Positions 8,154 to 17,027 of a stretch of 26,852 bases of DNA are shown piece after piece. The notes under the pieces are model-generated. The model had not been told where the DNA came from, searched no databases, and saw only the letters and a list, made by a program, of their open reading frames with translations. The stretch comes from an uncultured Deinococcales bacterium (lineage in GTDB: Bacteria; Deinococcota; Deinococci; Deinococcales; JAAFIG01): NCBI GenBank assembly GCA_964247135.1, contig CAXTTL010000038.1:1-26852 (forward strand), written 5' to 3'. Position 1 is the first letter of the stretch; each line of letters starts with the position of its first letter. The translations under genes and the position numbers were made by a program.

Positions 8154-8783
8154 TCAATTGATCCGTTGAGATTGGTGTTCGGTTTGGGGGTTTTGACTGA
8201 GCACCGACCAATCGCGGGTTTGGGTTCCGAGCGCCCGCTCGAGGAACGCCTCGACAATTTGTGGGTCAAATTGGGTTCCGCTGTGACATTGCAATTCCTC
8301 GAGGGTCGAATGGATGCCCCAGGCTCGAGAGTAAGAACGTTGCGAGAGCAGGGTGTCGTAAACGTCGCAGATGGTCAAAATTCTGGCTTCGATTGGGATT
8401 GCCTGCCCTGCCAGGTTGGAGGGGTAGCCAGTGCCGTCAAAGCGTTCGTGGTGGTGCAAAATTGCTTTGAGCGCGTTTTCACGGATGCCTGGGATGGCTT
8501 TTGCCAGGGTGAAGCTCCAGTAAGAATGGGTTTTGACGATTTCCCATTCGTTGAAATCGAGTTTTCCTGGTTTGGTCAGGATTTTTTCGGGGATCACCAG
8601 TTTACCGATGTCATGAAGGTAGGCGGCTTGAGACAGGGCTTCCAGGGCATCGTCATTTAAGCCGAGCATTGTACCGATGGATTCGACCAGGGTTACCAAA
8701 CGCCGTGTATGTCCGACGGGTTCAATGCCCCGTTCCTCGAGTTCTAAACCGAAAGCACAAATCGTGTAAATATCGGGCAGCAT
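8154..8783 (-). CDS. Stand-alone HD-GYP domain protein (putative cyclic-di-GMP phosphodiesterase)
   Basis: GHTRR, LHDIGK, ILTKPGKL, HHERFDGTGYP, ARILTICDVYD and GTQFDP motifs; AGGAG RBS. Confidence 0.93.
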   Translation of the reverse strand: MLPDIYTICAFGLELEERGIEPVGHTRRLVTLVESIGTMLGLNDDALEALSQAAYLHDIGKLVIPEKILTKPGKLDFNEWEIVKTHSYWSFTLAKAIPGIRENALKAILHHHERFDGTGYPSNLAGQAIPIEARILTICDVYDTLLSQRSYSRAWGIHSTLEELQCHSGTQFDPQIVEAFLERALGTQTRDWSVLSQNPQTEHQSQRIN

Positions 8784-8949
8784 AAAATTCTCCTATTAAA
8801 ACGGTGGTTGAGGATGATCGGGTTGGTGTTTGGATGTTGCGCACTCGAGGTTGCGGGTCTTTATTCTCGAGTAAAAATTCAATAGAAACCCTGACTGGTA
8901 CGTGTACGGTTGTCTGACTGGCACTGATTTTGAAAACGAACTTCGGGTT

Positions 8950-9561
8950 TTATCGTCCCTTGGGTTGAATAAAATTGAGTTTGGCTTCGATGCGTTCACG
9001 CAGTTGATCAAAGGGTATCGGTTTGGGCAACAACAGAACGCTTTCGGGCAAGCCTCCTTTGGCTTTGATGTCTTCGGGGGTCATGCCGCTGACGGTGACA
9101 ATATCGGTGTTCTCGAGGTCGGGCATACTGCGCAGGGTGCGAATCAGGGCAAAACCGTCCATGCCTGGAATGCTGAGGTCAAGAATCAAGAAATCTGGTT
9201 TTAAGTTTCCAATCTCCATTAACGCCCGAAAACCGTCGTTGGCGATGCTGATCTCGAGCGGCAATTTCCAACTGCTGATGACCATTTGATAGAGCTTGAC
9301 CAAATCGGGGTCGTCCTCGGCAATAAAGACCCTGAAGCTGCGCCCCTGGACTTCGGTGCGGCGTTGGCTCAAGAGGCGGTCCACGGATGCCCGCACCACG
9401 CGGCGGTGTCCTCCGACGGTGCGGTAGGCTTGCAGTGCGCCCTGTTCGACCCATTGTTGTACGGTGCGCAACGAAACGCCCAGCAAATCGGCGGCTTCCC
9501 TGGTGGTGATGACCGCGTCGCGTTCCAATGATCCGACTGTTTGATCTGCTGAATGATTCAT
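8950..9561 (-). CDS. Excisionase-family (HTH_17/MerR-like) DNA-binding domain fused to a receiver domain
   Basis: N-terminal TTREAADLLGVSLRTVQQWVEQGALQAYRTVGGHRRV. C-terminal receiver with IAEDD, LILDLSIPGMDG, VTVSG and PKP. Confidence 0.9.
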   Translation of the reverse strand: MNHSADQTVGSLERDAVITTREAADLLGVSLRTVQQWVEQGALQAYRTVGGHRRVVRASVDRLLSQRRTEVQGRSFRVFIAEDDPDLVKLYQMVISSWKLPLEISIANDGFRALMEIGNLKPDFLILDLSIPGMDGFALIRTLRSMPDLENTDIVTVSGMTPEDIKAKGGLPESVLLLPKPIPFDQLRERIEAKLNFIQPKGR

Positions 9562-9568
9562 TTCTTAT

Positions 9569-9598
9569 ACTTTGAGGGTCTGGCGGAGCTTCTGTCAA
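9569..9598 (-). promoter_or_regulatory. Possible leaderless promoter of the HTH-REC gene
   Basis: TTGACA (9598-9593), 18 nt, CAAAGT (9574-9569), 7 nt, ATG 9561. No Shine-Dalgarno visible. Confidence 0.35.
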
Positions 9599-9638
9599 GG
9601 GCGAGTTGTTTGGTATCTGCCGTCTGGATCAAGAAACT

Positions 9639-10700
9639 TTAAGTGTACTGACGCCATTGCGGGTCGGCTTTGATCTGAGCCACCAGGTGTTTGATGTCTT
9701 GGCTTCGGTCTTTGCGGGCGACCAGGGTCACATCGCCGTCACGCACGATCAAAACGTCCTCCAAACCGAGGGTCACGAGCAGTCCGCTCTGGTTGTTGTT
9801 GTAGACCATTGTTCGGGTCGAATCGACATTCAGGTGCTGACCGATGGCGACGTTGTCGGTATGATCCGAGTGCAGTCTCGCCAGGGCATTCCAGTCGCCA
9901 AGGTCGTCCCAGTCAAATTCGGACGGAATCACCAGCACATTTTGGGCTGGCTCGAGAATCGCGTAATCGACCGAGGTTTTGCGCACCCAGCCGTAGGCAT
10001 CGTTCAGCCCTTGGCGGGTATTCATCAGCGCCATGCTCTCGAGAATGTCTGGGGCGTGTTCCGCGAACGCCTCGAGCATCACCGACGCCCGAAACACGAA
10101 CATGCCGGCGTTCCAGAAATAACCGCCGTCCTCGAGGTAGGTTTGCGCGGTGCCGAGGTTTGGTTTTTCGACAAAACGCTGTGCCTTCCAGACGTCCTGG
10201 TACTGCTCGAGCTGGGTTCCGGCTTGAATGTAACCGTAACCGGTGGCGGCGTGGCTGGGTTGAATGCCCAGCGTCACGATGACGTCTTGGTCGTGGGCGG
10301 CTTGAATGGCGCTCTGGACTTTGGCTTGGAAGGCGGCGTTGTTGCCGATGCGGTGATCGCTCGGGAAGATGCCGACAATCGCGTCGCTGCCGTGGGTCTG
10401 GGCGACCCGCAAGACCGCGAACAGCACGGCGGCGGCGGTGTCCTTGGCGCAGGGTTCGACCAGCAAGTGCTCGAGCGGCATGTTTGGCAGTTGGTCGAGC
10501 ACCAGGGCGCGGTGGGTTTGTCCGCAAACCACATGGATGTTGTCGGCTTCGCACAGGGCTTCGAGGCGGTCGGCGGTGGCTTGCAGCAGGCTGCGTCCGG
10601 TGTTCTCGAGGGTCAGGAATTGCTTTGGTTTGGCGTTTCGTGAGAGGGGCCAGAACCGGTCGCCACTGCCACCTGCCAGAATAACGGGAATGAATTTCAT
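9639..10700 (-). CDS. manC: Mannose-1-phosphate guanylyltransferase (GDP-mannose pyrophosphorylase)
   Basis: VILAGGSGDRFWPLSR..PKQFL, EP..KDTA, PSDH, TGYGYI, FVEKP, WNAGMF, SVDYAILE and WDDLGDW motifs; AAGGAG RBS. No C-terminal isomerase domain. Confidence 0.95.
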   Translation of the reverse strand: MKFIPVILAGGSGDRFWPLSRNAKPKQFLTLENTGRSLLQATADRLEALCEADNIHVVCGQTHRALVLDQLPNMPLEHLLVEPCAKDTAAAVLFAVLRVAQTHGSDAIVGIFPSDHRIGNNAAFQAKVQSAIQAAHDQDVIVTLGIQPSHAATGYGYIQAGTQLEQYQDVWKAQRFVEKPNLGTAQTYLEDGGYFWNAGMFVFRASVMLEAFAEHAPDILESMALMNTRQGLNDAYGWVRKTSVDYAILEPAQNVLVIPSEFDWDDLGDWNALARLHSDHTDNVAIGQHLNVDSTRTMVYNNNQSGLLVTLGLEDVLIVRDGDVTLVARKDRSQDIKHLVAQIKADPQWRQYT

Positions 10701-10750
10701 GGTGATCTCCTTTTGACCTTGGTTGATCTGACCTTGGTCGGTCTAAAAAG

Positions 10751-10794
10751 AGTATAAACACGATTTTTGAATCATTATGTTTAAATTGCACATT
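10751..10794 (-). promoter_or_regulatory. manC promoter with upstream TGTGC-N5-AAACA box
   Basis: Minus strand AATGTGCAATTTAAACATAATGATTCAAAAATCGTGTTTATACT; -10 TATACT at 10756-10751. Aligns ungapped with 19359-19402 and 24510-24553. Confidence 0.6.
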
Positions 10795-10967
10795 TGATAT
10801 TATTGAACTTAGTATAGTTTTGGCTTGACCCGAAGCAATATCGGTTTTTTGTTGTCACAGACGTAGAAAACCGAGATGGACACGGCATCGTGTATCGACT
10901 CGAGCCTTCAGAACAAAGCCGACCCTCGAGCCTTGCACCCTAAAAATTGGCATCATCAAATTCGGGT

Positions 10968-12575
10968 TTAACGATTTTTTTTGCGCCCAAGCCTGCGCCA
11001 AACCAACCAAACCACCAGCGCACCAAAACCGAGCCACAAAATATAACGCAGCGACAGCGAAACGATCTTGGCAATAATGTCTTGAATGCTTGGTGCTGGG
11101 GCAGCAGCGCCCTGCAAGACTCGAGCGGCGGGTTTTAAAGTTCCGTCGTCGCGCAGCACGCCCAGGAACCGTTCGACCTCCCGATTGGCAGGCATCGCGC
11201 CCTTGGGAAAATCGTGCAAATTCCAGACCATAAAACCCGACTTCTTGGTGCTCATCACCTCGAGTACGGCGGCGTAATACCGCGCCTGATCGTTTTCAGA
11301 ATGCGGATCGGGCAACTTGTCGAGCTGACTGTGAAAACCGAACTCCTCGAGCAACACGGGCTTGCCAAGCTTTAAAGCCTTCTCGAGCCGAGCCGTCAGC
11401 GCCGTGGATGCCCCGTAATGATGCACGGTGGTGAAATCGAGGCTGCGGCTGAGGTCTGGGTCTGGGTCGCTCAAGCCCGCCGTGATCGGCAAACCAGTCT
11501 GCATTCTTAACCACTGCGCAAAAAATCCCAGAAACAACCGAATGTGATCCCAGCCAGCCGACTTCGCATCGCGTTCGGCTTCGTTTTTCAGGTCAAGCGC
11601 CAACACCGCAGGCTGGCGCAAGATCGGAACCAACCTCGAGATCGCGGCAAATGCCCTGGGCAAATCCTCGAGTCGATACTGGGTGTAGGTGTCCAGCAGC
11701 GTCACGATGACCTGAAGGTTGTTTTTTGCCGCCGCCTTCAAAACCTCGGGCAGATGGGTGTAAACCGCGTCGGGCGTCGGAAACGGAATAAAAATGCGGA
11801 TGGTGTTGAGTTTTAATTCTCGAGCAAGTCGTAAACTCGAGCGCATTTCGCTGGCGTCAAAATTCAACCAGAATTGCCCGAACGGGTGCGAGCGTCCAAC
11901 GTAATTGACGCCGCGCACCTGCGAGAGCAAAAACGCCAGCCCTGCAATGGGTTTGTGGGTTTCGGGCAACGTTTCGCTTTGCAAGACTCGCCAGTGATGC
12001 ACCCGCCAGTTGCCGTCGTCGAGTTTGAAGACCACATCCATCGTGCGCCGTTCGATGCGCGGGTCGAGCAGCTTCAAGCCCAGGTCGATGGCTTGGGCTG
12101 ACCAATACGTATCTGTGAAAGCGACCGTCGCGCCGTCGGGGGCATAGAACCGCAAACGCAAATGATGATCCCAGCCAGCCAGACTGGTTTTCTGAGGATT
12201 CATCGAAAGCTTCGCGTCCTCGAGCGCGGGACCTTGAAAGTACGAGCGCAAACCCGTGGTGTCGCCGCTGGCGTGGGCATAGGTCAGCTCGTCAAACGCC
12301 AGCAAGTATTCGCTGCTGATCTGGTCGCGCCTGAACGGCTCGAGCGCCCTGGGGCTGGGATCATCTGGCAGCCAAGACAGCACCCCTGGTTCCGCCTGAC
12401 GCGCCTGAATCAAATTGAGGGCGGAATCGATTCGAGTGGCGCGTTGAACCCGAGCGAAGCCGTCGCCGATGATCGGCAAGCCAACATAAAAACCCAACGC
12501 GCCCAAGATTACCAGCCAAAACCAAACCAGGGACTTCAGGGAAAAACGTGAGGGGCTGCGGTTGGACTTGCTCAA
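10968..12575 (-). CDS. Membrane-anchored clan GH-A glycoside hydrolase (GH5/GH2-like TIM barrel) with an extra N-terminal domain
   Basis: RGVNY, LNTIRIF, DLKNE (acid/base), TVHHY, PVLLEEFG (nucleophile), WNLHD and GVLRDDGTLKPA motifs. Hydrophobic helices at both termini. TTG start overlaps the upstream stop. Confidence 0.8.
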   Translation of the reverse strand: MSKSNRSPSRFSLKSLVWFWLVILGALGFYVGLPIIGDGFARVQRATRIDSALNLIQARQAEPGVLSWLPDDPSPRALEPFRRDQISSEYLLAFDELTYAHASGDTTGLRSYFQGPALEDAKLSMNPQKTSLAGWDHHLRLRFYAPDGATVAFTDTYWSAQAIDLGLKLLDPRIERRTMDVVFKLDDGNWRVHHWRVLQSETLPETHKPIAGLAFLLSQVRGVNYVGRSHPFGQFWLNFDASEMRSSLRLARELKLNTIRIFIPFPTPDAVYTHLPEVLKAAAKNNLQVIVTLLDTYTQYRLEDLPRAFAAISRLVPILRQPAVLALDLKNEAERDAKSAGWDHIRLFLGFFAQWLRMQTGLPITAGLSDPDPDLSRSLDFTTVHHYGASTALTARLEKALKLGKPVLLEEFGFHSQLDKLPDPHSENDQARYYAAVLEVMSTKKSGFMVWNLHDFPKGAMPANREVERFLGVLRDDGTLKPAARVLQGAAAPAPSIQDIIAKIVSLSLRYILWLGFGALVVWLVWRRLGRKKNR

Positions 12576-13798
12576 TTTGCTCCCAACTCGAGCCGCGCAC
12601 GGAGTCCAGCCGCGCTGACCACCACAAACTTTAGGCTCTTGGGCAGCGGTGGAAACGCATACTCGAGCCTGCCGTTGGTGCTGACCAAACCGACTGTGTA
12701 GAGCGAAGCGGTATCGCTGCGAAAATCGAGTTGAATCGGCGTGCCATCGTCGAGCAGGGCACCCTGGGCATCGATCAGCGGTCCGATAAAAATTTCTGGC
12801 TGGGGTTGGGGCGCAAAACGCAGGGGCAAACCCTTCAGGCTGATGGCTGGTACGGCATGAATGTCTGTTGTGTTGCGTTGTAGGGTGTCACTACGCGCGT
12901 TCAGGCGGTAATTGCCAGGTTCAAGTGCGCCCACCGTCAAATCGGATGTCCCGCGCACGGTGGCTCGAGTTCCAAACAAGGATAAGTTGCTGTTGAAGAG
13001 TTGAATCTGAAACTCGGTCGCACTGCCATTCAGCGCCGTGTTGCCCAGCGCGTCCGTGGCGTTGGCAAAATGAATTTTCCAGACGTCTCGAGGGTTCAGG
13101 CTGATTTTTGATTGCTCGAGTTTCAGCTCGGCGCTGGCAATCACACCAGGCATGACATCGACCTCGCCGCGTTCGCCGCGAGCCGTCAAGCTGCTGGCGC
13201 TGACCCGCAACAGACCAGTTCGGCTGCCCGTGCTGAGCCAAGCCCAAGCCAGCAAGTGCTTGACCGAGAGATTCTGCACCGAACGGCTGTCGTCAGGACG
13301 CTCGAGCCGCAACGTCACGGGCGCGAGGCTGACGTTGCCCTGCGCATCGAGCGGATGAATCACGAGTGCGGGCGGTCGCTGCGTGTCCACCCGCGCCGCC
13401 CGAGCGCCAACCTCGAGTTGAAGCGGGGTGATCGGTGAGCCAGGCTGGCGGTTTAAAGTACCTTGAAAACGATATTGACCTGCGCTGACCAGATACGGCG
13501 TCAAACCCGCGCGGCGGTACGCCAGCACCAACCTCGAGGTTGGCTTGGTCAATCCCTCATTAACGACCAGACCGGCGGGCGTGAACAGGCTGACCCGCCA
13601 GGGGACATTCAATTTCAGACCTTTGAGGTCTGTCAATCTGAATTCCAGGGTGTTGGCTTGCTGCGTGATCTCGAGTTTCGGTTGACGGGAAAGCAGCAAC
13701 TCAGTTTTGGCGCTGGGCTTCAAGAAAAGCCAGCCGACCACCAGCAGCCCCGAAACCAAAGCGGCGAACACCACCGTCCAGCTTGCGAAACGCTTCAT
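12572..13798 (-). CDS. Membrane-anchored beta-rich (Ig-like) hypothetical protein
   Basis: N-terminal TM helix. Repeated D-x-x-G-(N/A) turns (LDAQGN, TDALGN, IDAQGA) resemble bacterial Ig-like folds. 4-nt overlaps with both neighbours. Confidence 0.7.
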   Translation of the reverse strand: MKRFASWTVVFAALVSGLLVVGWLFLKPSAKTELLLSRQPKLEITQQANTLEFRLTDLKGLKLNVPWRVSLFTPAGLVVNEGLTKPTSRLVLAYRRAGLTPYLVSAGQYRFQGTLNRQPGSPITPLQLEVGARAARVDTQRPPALVIHPLDAQGNVSLAPVTLRLERPDDSRSVQNLSVKHLLAWAWLSTGSRTGLLRVSASSLTARGERGEVDVMPGVIASAELKLEQSKISLNPRDVWKIHFANATDALGNTALNGSATEFQIQLFNSNLSLFGTRATVRGTSDLTVGALEPGNYRLNARSDTLQRNTTDIHAVPAISLKGLPLRFAPQPQPEIFIGPLIDAQGALLDDGTPIQLDFRSDTASLYTVGLVSTNGRLEYAFPPLPKSLKFVVVSAAGLRARLELGAN

Positions 13799-16700
13799 GG
13801 TTCGCTCTCGAACGCCTGCGCCTGCACCGCAAAACGCAATCCTTTGGTGCGGGTAAGCGCTGTGCTGAAGGTCGGCGGCGGCTTGATCCGATTCGAGTCA
13901 AACACGACACTGGCGCTGGTGGCGCGGCGCTGCATCCGCTCGAGTCGGTAGCCGAACGGCAAACCAGATTGAACCAAGCTGGAACGCTTCTGGCGCGGCG
14001 GGATGCTCTCCAAGGCAAAATCGGTCTGTAGCCAGGCGATGCCCGCCGCGTCGTAATAACTGACCAGCACCTGCGGAACCTGGCTTTCAACCGTTCCGAC
14101 GTTCATCAGGCTCAAGTCCAAATCATTGCCGCGCTGCGCGACCCAGACCGCCAACGGTCGGTCGAGGTTGCGCTGAGTCACGACGGCTTTGGCAAAAACC
14201 TCAAAATCGCTGACCTGGGCAAAATCCACGGGCGCGTTGGTGGCATCAAAATCGATCCGAAATGCCGAACGTTCGCCGGGCAGGAGCTTGTGCATCATCT
14301 CGAGACCCGCGTTGTTGCGTTGCAATTCTTTGCCAGACTTGTCGCGCAGCAGCGCCGTGACGGTCACATCGGCGGGTCGGGCATCGATGTTCCAGAGTTC
14401 GCCGATCACGCTGTAAATCCGTTGTGTGAGAAATCTTGGCGGGTCGGTCGAAAACTTTCCGGGCAACTGCACGCGCATCAAACTCGAGACCAGACGGGTT
14501 TTTGCCAGCGTCAGTTGCGGACGGTCGAGCACATCGCCCGCCGCCGAGACATCGGTGGTCAGGCGGCGCGGCGCACGGTAATACGAGACGCTCGCCTCCT
14601 CGGCAAAACGGTCTCTCGAGCGCACGAGTTGCAGCGGTCGGGTCAGAATTTTCCAACCGTCTTTGGTCAACTCGAGTTCCTGGGTCACCGTTTCATTCAA
14701 GCTTTTCAGGCTGGTCTGCCAGCCCAGTTGGGTTCGGACCAGGGCATGTTTCGCGTCCTCGGCAATCACGCTCGGTTCGATGCGGTCGAGTTTGGCATAA
14801 CCGCTGCGCAAACCACCCTGCACCGAGAGGTCGAGCAGGTAACGGGTGAAGGTCAGTCCCTCGAGCGGTTGAAGTTCGTTGTAAGCCGCCTGAAAGCGTT
14901 TGAAATCGACGTTGTCCCAGTACGCCAACACTGCACGCTCTGGGGTCAGTACGGGGTGGGTAACCCGCCACAAGCCTGAGCCTAGCAATATGGCTGCAAC
15001 GACCAGTCCCCCGACTCGCGCACCGCGCAACCACAATGGTTTGCGGCTAAAATCGAGCACGACCTCGAGCGGTCTGTTCCAGCCCCGCCAGGGTTGCCAT
15101 GCTCCAGCCGCCTGAGCCTCGAGCGCATCCTCACGCAACAGACGCAGCCACTTGCGCCCAAGTTTGGAAAGTTGATAACGCTTGATTCTCGAGGCTCGAA
15201 CCGGCACGGCAAGCGAGAAGAACGCCATCAGCATGGCGAGCGGCGGCAAGGTGCCCCACATCAGGCGTTGATAGAGCGGCATGGTCTTGCGCGGCAATCT
15301 TTCGGGCAGTGGCGGGATGTCCTCGCGCTCCCAGACGACGATGCCGTTCTCGAGGCGACTCAGACGGTGCCAGCCCGAGAAGAACAACAGCGGATCGTAA
15401 AACGCATCGTTGGAAAAAATAAATTTTAAATTGTACTTTTCGGGCACGGTGACAAATTGATGCAGGCTGCCGATGCCCGCCAGACTGGTGTACTTTGCGC
15501 CGTCCAATCGTTCGACGGGTGTGGTGGTCAATTCGATCAAACGCCGCGCCGAATGGTAATTGCCGTCCGGCGTGAGTGCCCTGGTATTTGCCGAGAGCCA
15601 CGCCATCTGATCGCCAAACCCCAGGGTCAAATAGCGGTAGCGCCAGTGCTCGTCTTTCTCGAGAAAATTGACGATGGGTTCGACCGCAATCGGTTCGGGT
15701 TGAAATTTGCGGTAGCGCGTCAGGCTGGAAACGGCTATGGCAATCACGATCAGGCTTAAACACAAACCGCCCAGCAGCAACAGGCGAATTCGCCGTCCCA
15801 GGTTTGCCTCGAGGTATTCTCGAGCGCGTCCGTAGAGCAAACTTTCAAACGCCATGCCGACAAAAGGGATCATCAGCATGGTCGCCCAGAAGGTGAATCG
15901 ATCCAGGGTGAGAATATCGAAGCTGCCGCGCAGCAACAATTTGGGAATCGGGGTGGTGCCGCCCGTGCCGAGCACAAACAAGATCAGCAAACTGAGCGCC
16001 ACGGGAAAGCGCCAAGTGCCCAAACCCTTGTAGATGGCAAAAGGCAAAAATGCAAAAGTTGAAAGCCAGGGGATTACAAAGAACATCAACCCTGCGGCGG
16101 TGTTGACCAGAAAATTATCGCGGCTGGCGTGGGGAATGCTGACCTGGGTGATTGGGTCGCTGCGGTTCCAAATCCAGAATGGAAACACCACCAGCAACAG
16201 CGCCACGCCGGTCAAGCCACCGAACAAGACCGAGCGGTAGACTCGAGGTAAAATGCGGTAGAAGCGGCGGCACACCTTTGACCTGAAATCTTCACCGGTC
16301 GGCTCGAGCGGACGCGGGCAGCGAAAAGCCTCCAAGACGCTGACCAACAAAACTGGAATCGCAAAGAACAACGTGCCGAACAGCGTGGTGACATGGTGCG
16401 CGGCGGTCGTGGCGGCGACGAAACAAACCGCCTTGAGCAATTCGGCTTTGCGCCCACCGCGCACGTAACGCACCGCGAACACCAGACCGTTCAGCAAAAA
16501 CGACAACGATAGGGTTGTGGGCAACTGACCGAAAACGTGTACCGTCTCGACAATCGAACTCGAGATGCCCAAAAAGAGCGCCGCCATGCCGGCGGCTCGG
16601 GGCGAGGTCAGCAAGCTCGAGAATCGGTACATGCCGACAGTCAAGTTTAAGAGCGCAAACAGTTGCACCAGGGCGAACGCGGGTTTTAAACCGACCAAAA

Positions 16701-16971
16701 ACGACAGCACCGCAATCAGTTGGTGCGACAGGGGTGGGTAGCTGACCGTCAAAAAACCGGTGTACCAACGCGATTCCCAGGGATCGAACCAACTGCTGGC
16801 GTAATGCGCCCCAAAAAAAATGTGAATCAGTGCGTCATAAGTCCGAACAAAACTTTGGGAAAACAGCAGCGCCCCGTGAAAAACGAGCACCAAGCCAAGG
16901 GCTGCTGCCAACCACAGCAGCCCTTGGCGATGCTCGAAGGGACCAAATTTTGTTGAGGGTGAGTCTGACAT
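13795..16971 (-). CDS. Large polytopic membrane protein, GT-C-like glycosyltransferase N-terminal half plus extracytoplasmic C-terminal domains (1058 aa)
   Basis: More than ten hydrophobic segments. First loop TYDALIH...WFDPWESRWYTGFLTVSYPPL resembles GT-C first loops ('6-pyruvoyl-tetrahydropterin synthase-related' membrane family). Soluble C-terminal ~390 aa after the last TM. Confidence 0.7.
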   Translation of the reverse strand: MSDSPSTKFGPFEHRQGLLWLAAALGLVLVFHGALLFSQSFVRTYDALIHIFFGAHYASSWFDPWESRWYTGFLTVSYPPLSHQLIAVLSFLVGLKPAFALVQLFALLNLTVGMYRFSSLLTSPRAAGMAALFLGISSSIVETVHVFGQLPTTLSLSFLLNGLVFAVRYVRGGRKAELLKAVCFVAATTAAHHVTTLFGTLFFAIPVLLVSVLEAFRCPRPLEPTGEDFRSKVCRRFYRILPRVYRSVLFGGLTGVALLLVVFPFWIWNRSDPITQVSIPHASRDNFLVNTAAGLMFFVIPWLSTFAFLPFAIYKGLGTWRFPVALSLLILFVLGTGGTTPIPKLLLRGSFDILTLDRFTFWATMLMIPFVGMAFESLLYGRAREYLEANLGRRIRLLLLGGLCLSLIVIAIAVSSLTRYRKFQPEPIAVEPIVNFLEKDEHWRYRYLTLGFGDQMAWLSANTRALTPDGNYHSARRLIELTTTPVERLDGAKYTSLAGIGSLHQFVTVPEKYNLKFIFSNDAFYDPLLFFSGWHRLSRLENGIVVWEREDIPPLPERLPRKTMPLYQRLMWGTLPPLAMLMAFFSLAVPVRASRIKRYQLSKLGRKWLRLLREDALEAQAAGAWQPWRGWNRPLEVVLDFSRKPLWLRGARVGGLVVAAILLGSGLWRVTHPVLTPERAVLAYWDNVDFKRFQAAYNELQPLEGLTFTRYLLDLSVQGGLRSGYAKLDRIEPSVIAEDAKHALVRTQLGWQTSLKSLNETVTQELELTKDGWKILTRPLQLVRSRDRFAEEASVSYYRAPRRLTTDVSAAGDVLDRPQLTLAKTRLVSSLMRVQLPGKFSTDPPRFLTQRIYSVIGELWNIDARPADVTVTALLRDKSGKELQRNNAGLEMMHKLLPGERSAFRIDFDATNAPVDFAQVSDFEVFAKAVVTQRNLDRPLAVWVAQRGNDLDLSLMNVGTVESQVPQVLVSYYDAAGIAWLQTDFALESIPPRQKRSSLVQSGLPFGYRLERMQRRATSASVVFDSNRIKPPPTFSTALTRTKGLRFAVQAQAFESEP

Positions 16972-17027
16972 GAACGCGATTTTTAGTTTAAGCGCTTTAA
17001 CGCCTGATGACAGGTCACCGCAAGCTT

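Noticed and set aside
8950-9561. Excisionase as evidence of a prophage or integrative element
   Set aside because: The HTH is fused to a receiver domain, and no integrase, att-like repeat or phage gene is visible.
10714-10738. Direct repeat TGACCTTGGT x2 in the manC leader
   Set aside because: Only two copies, not seen in the other promoters; no function can be supported.
13795-16971. Pterin-biosynthesis function implied by the usual family label
   Set aside because: The protein is polytopic with GT-C-like loop motifs in a glycosylation context; no PTPS catalytic domain is recognisable.
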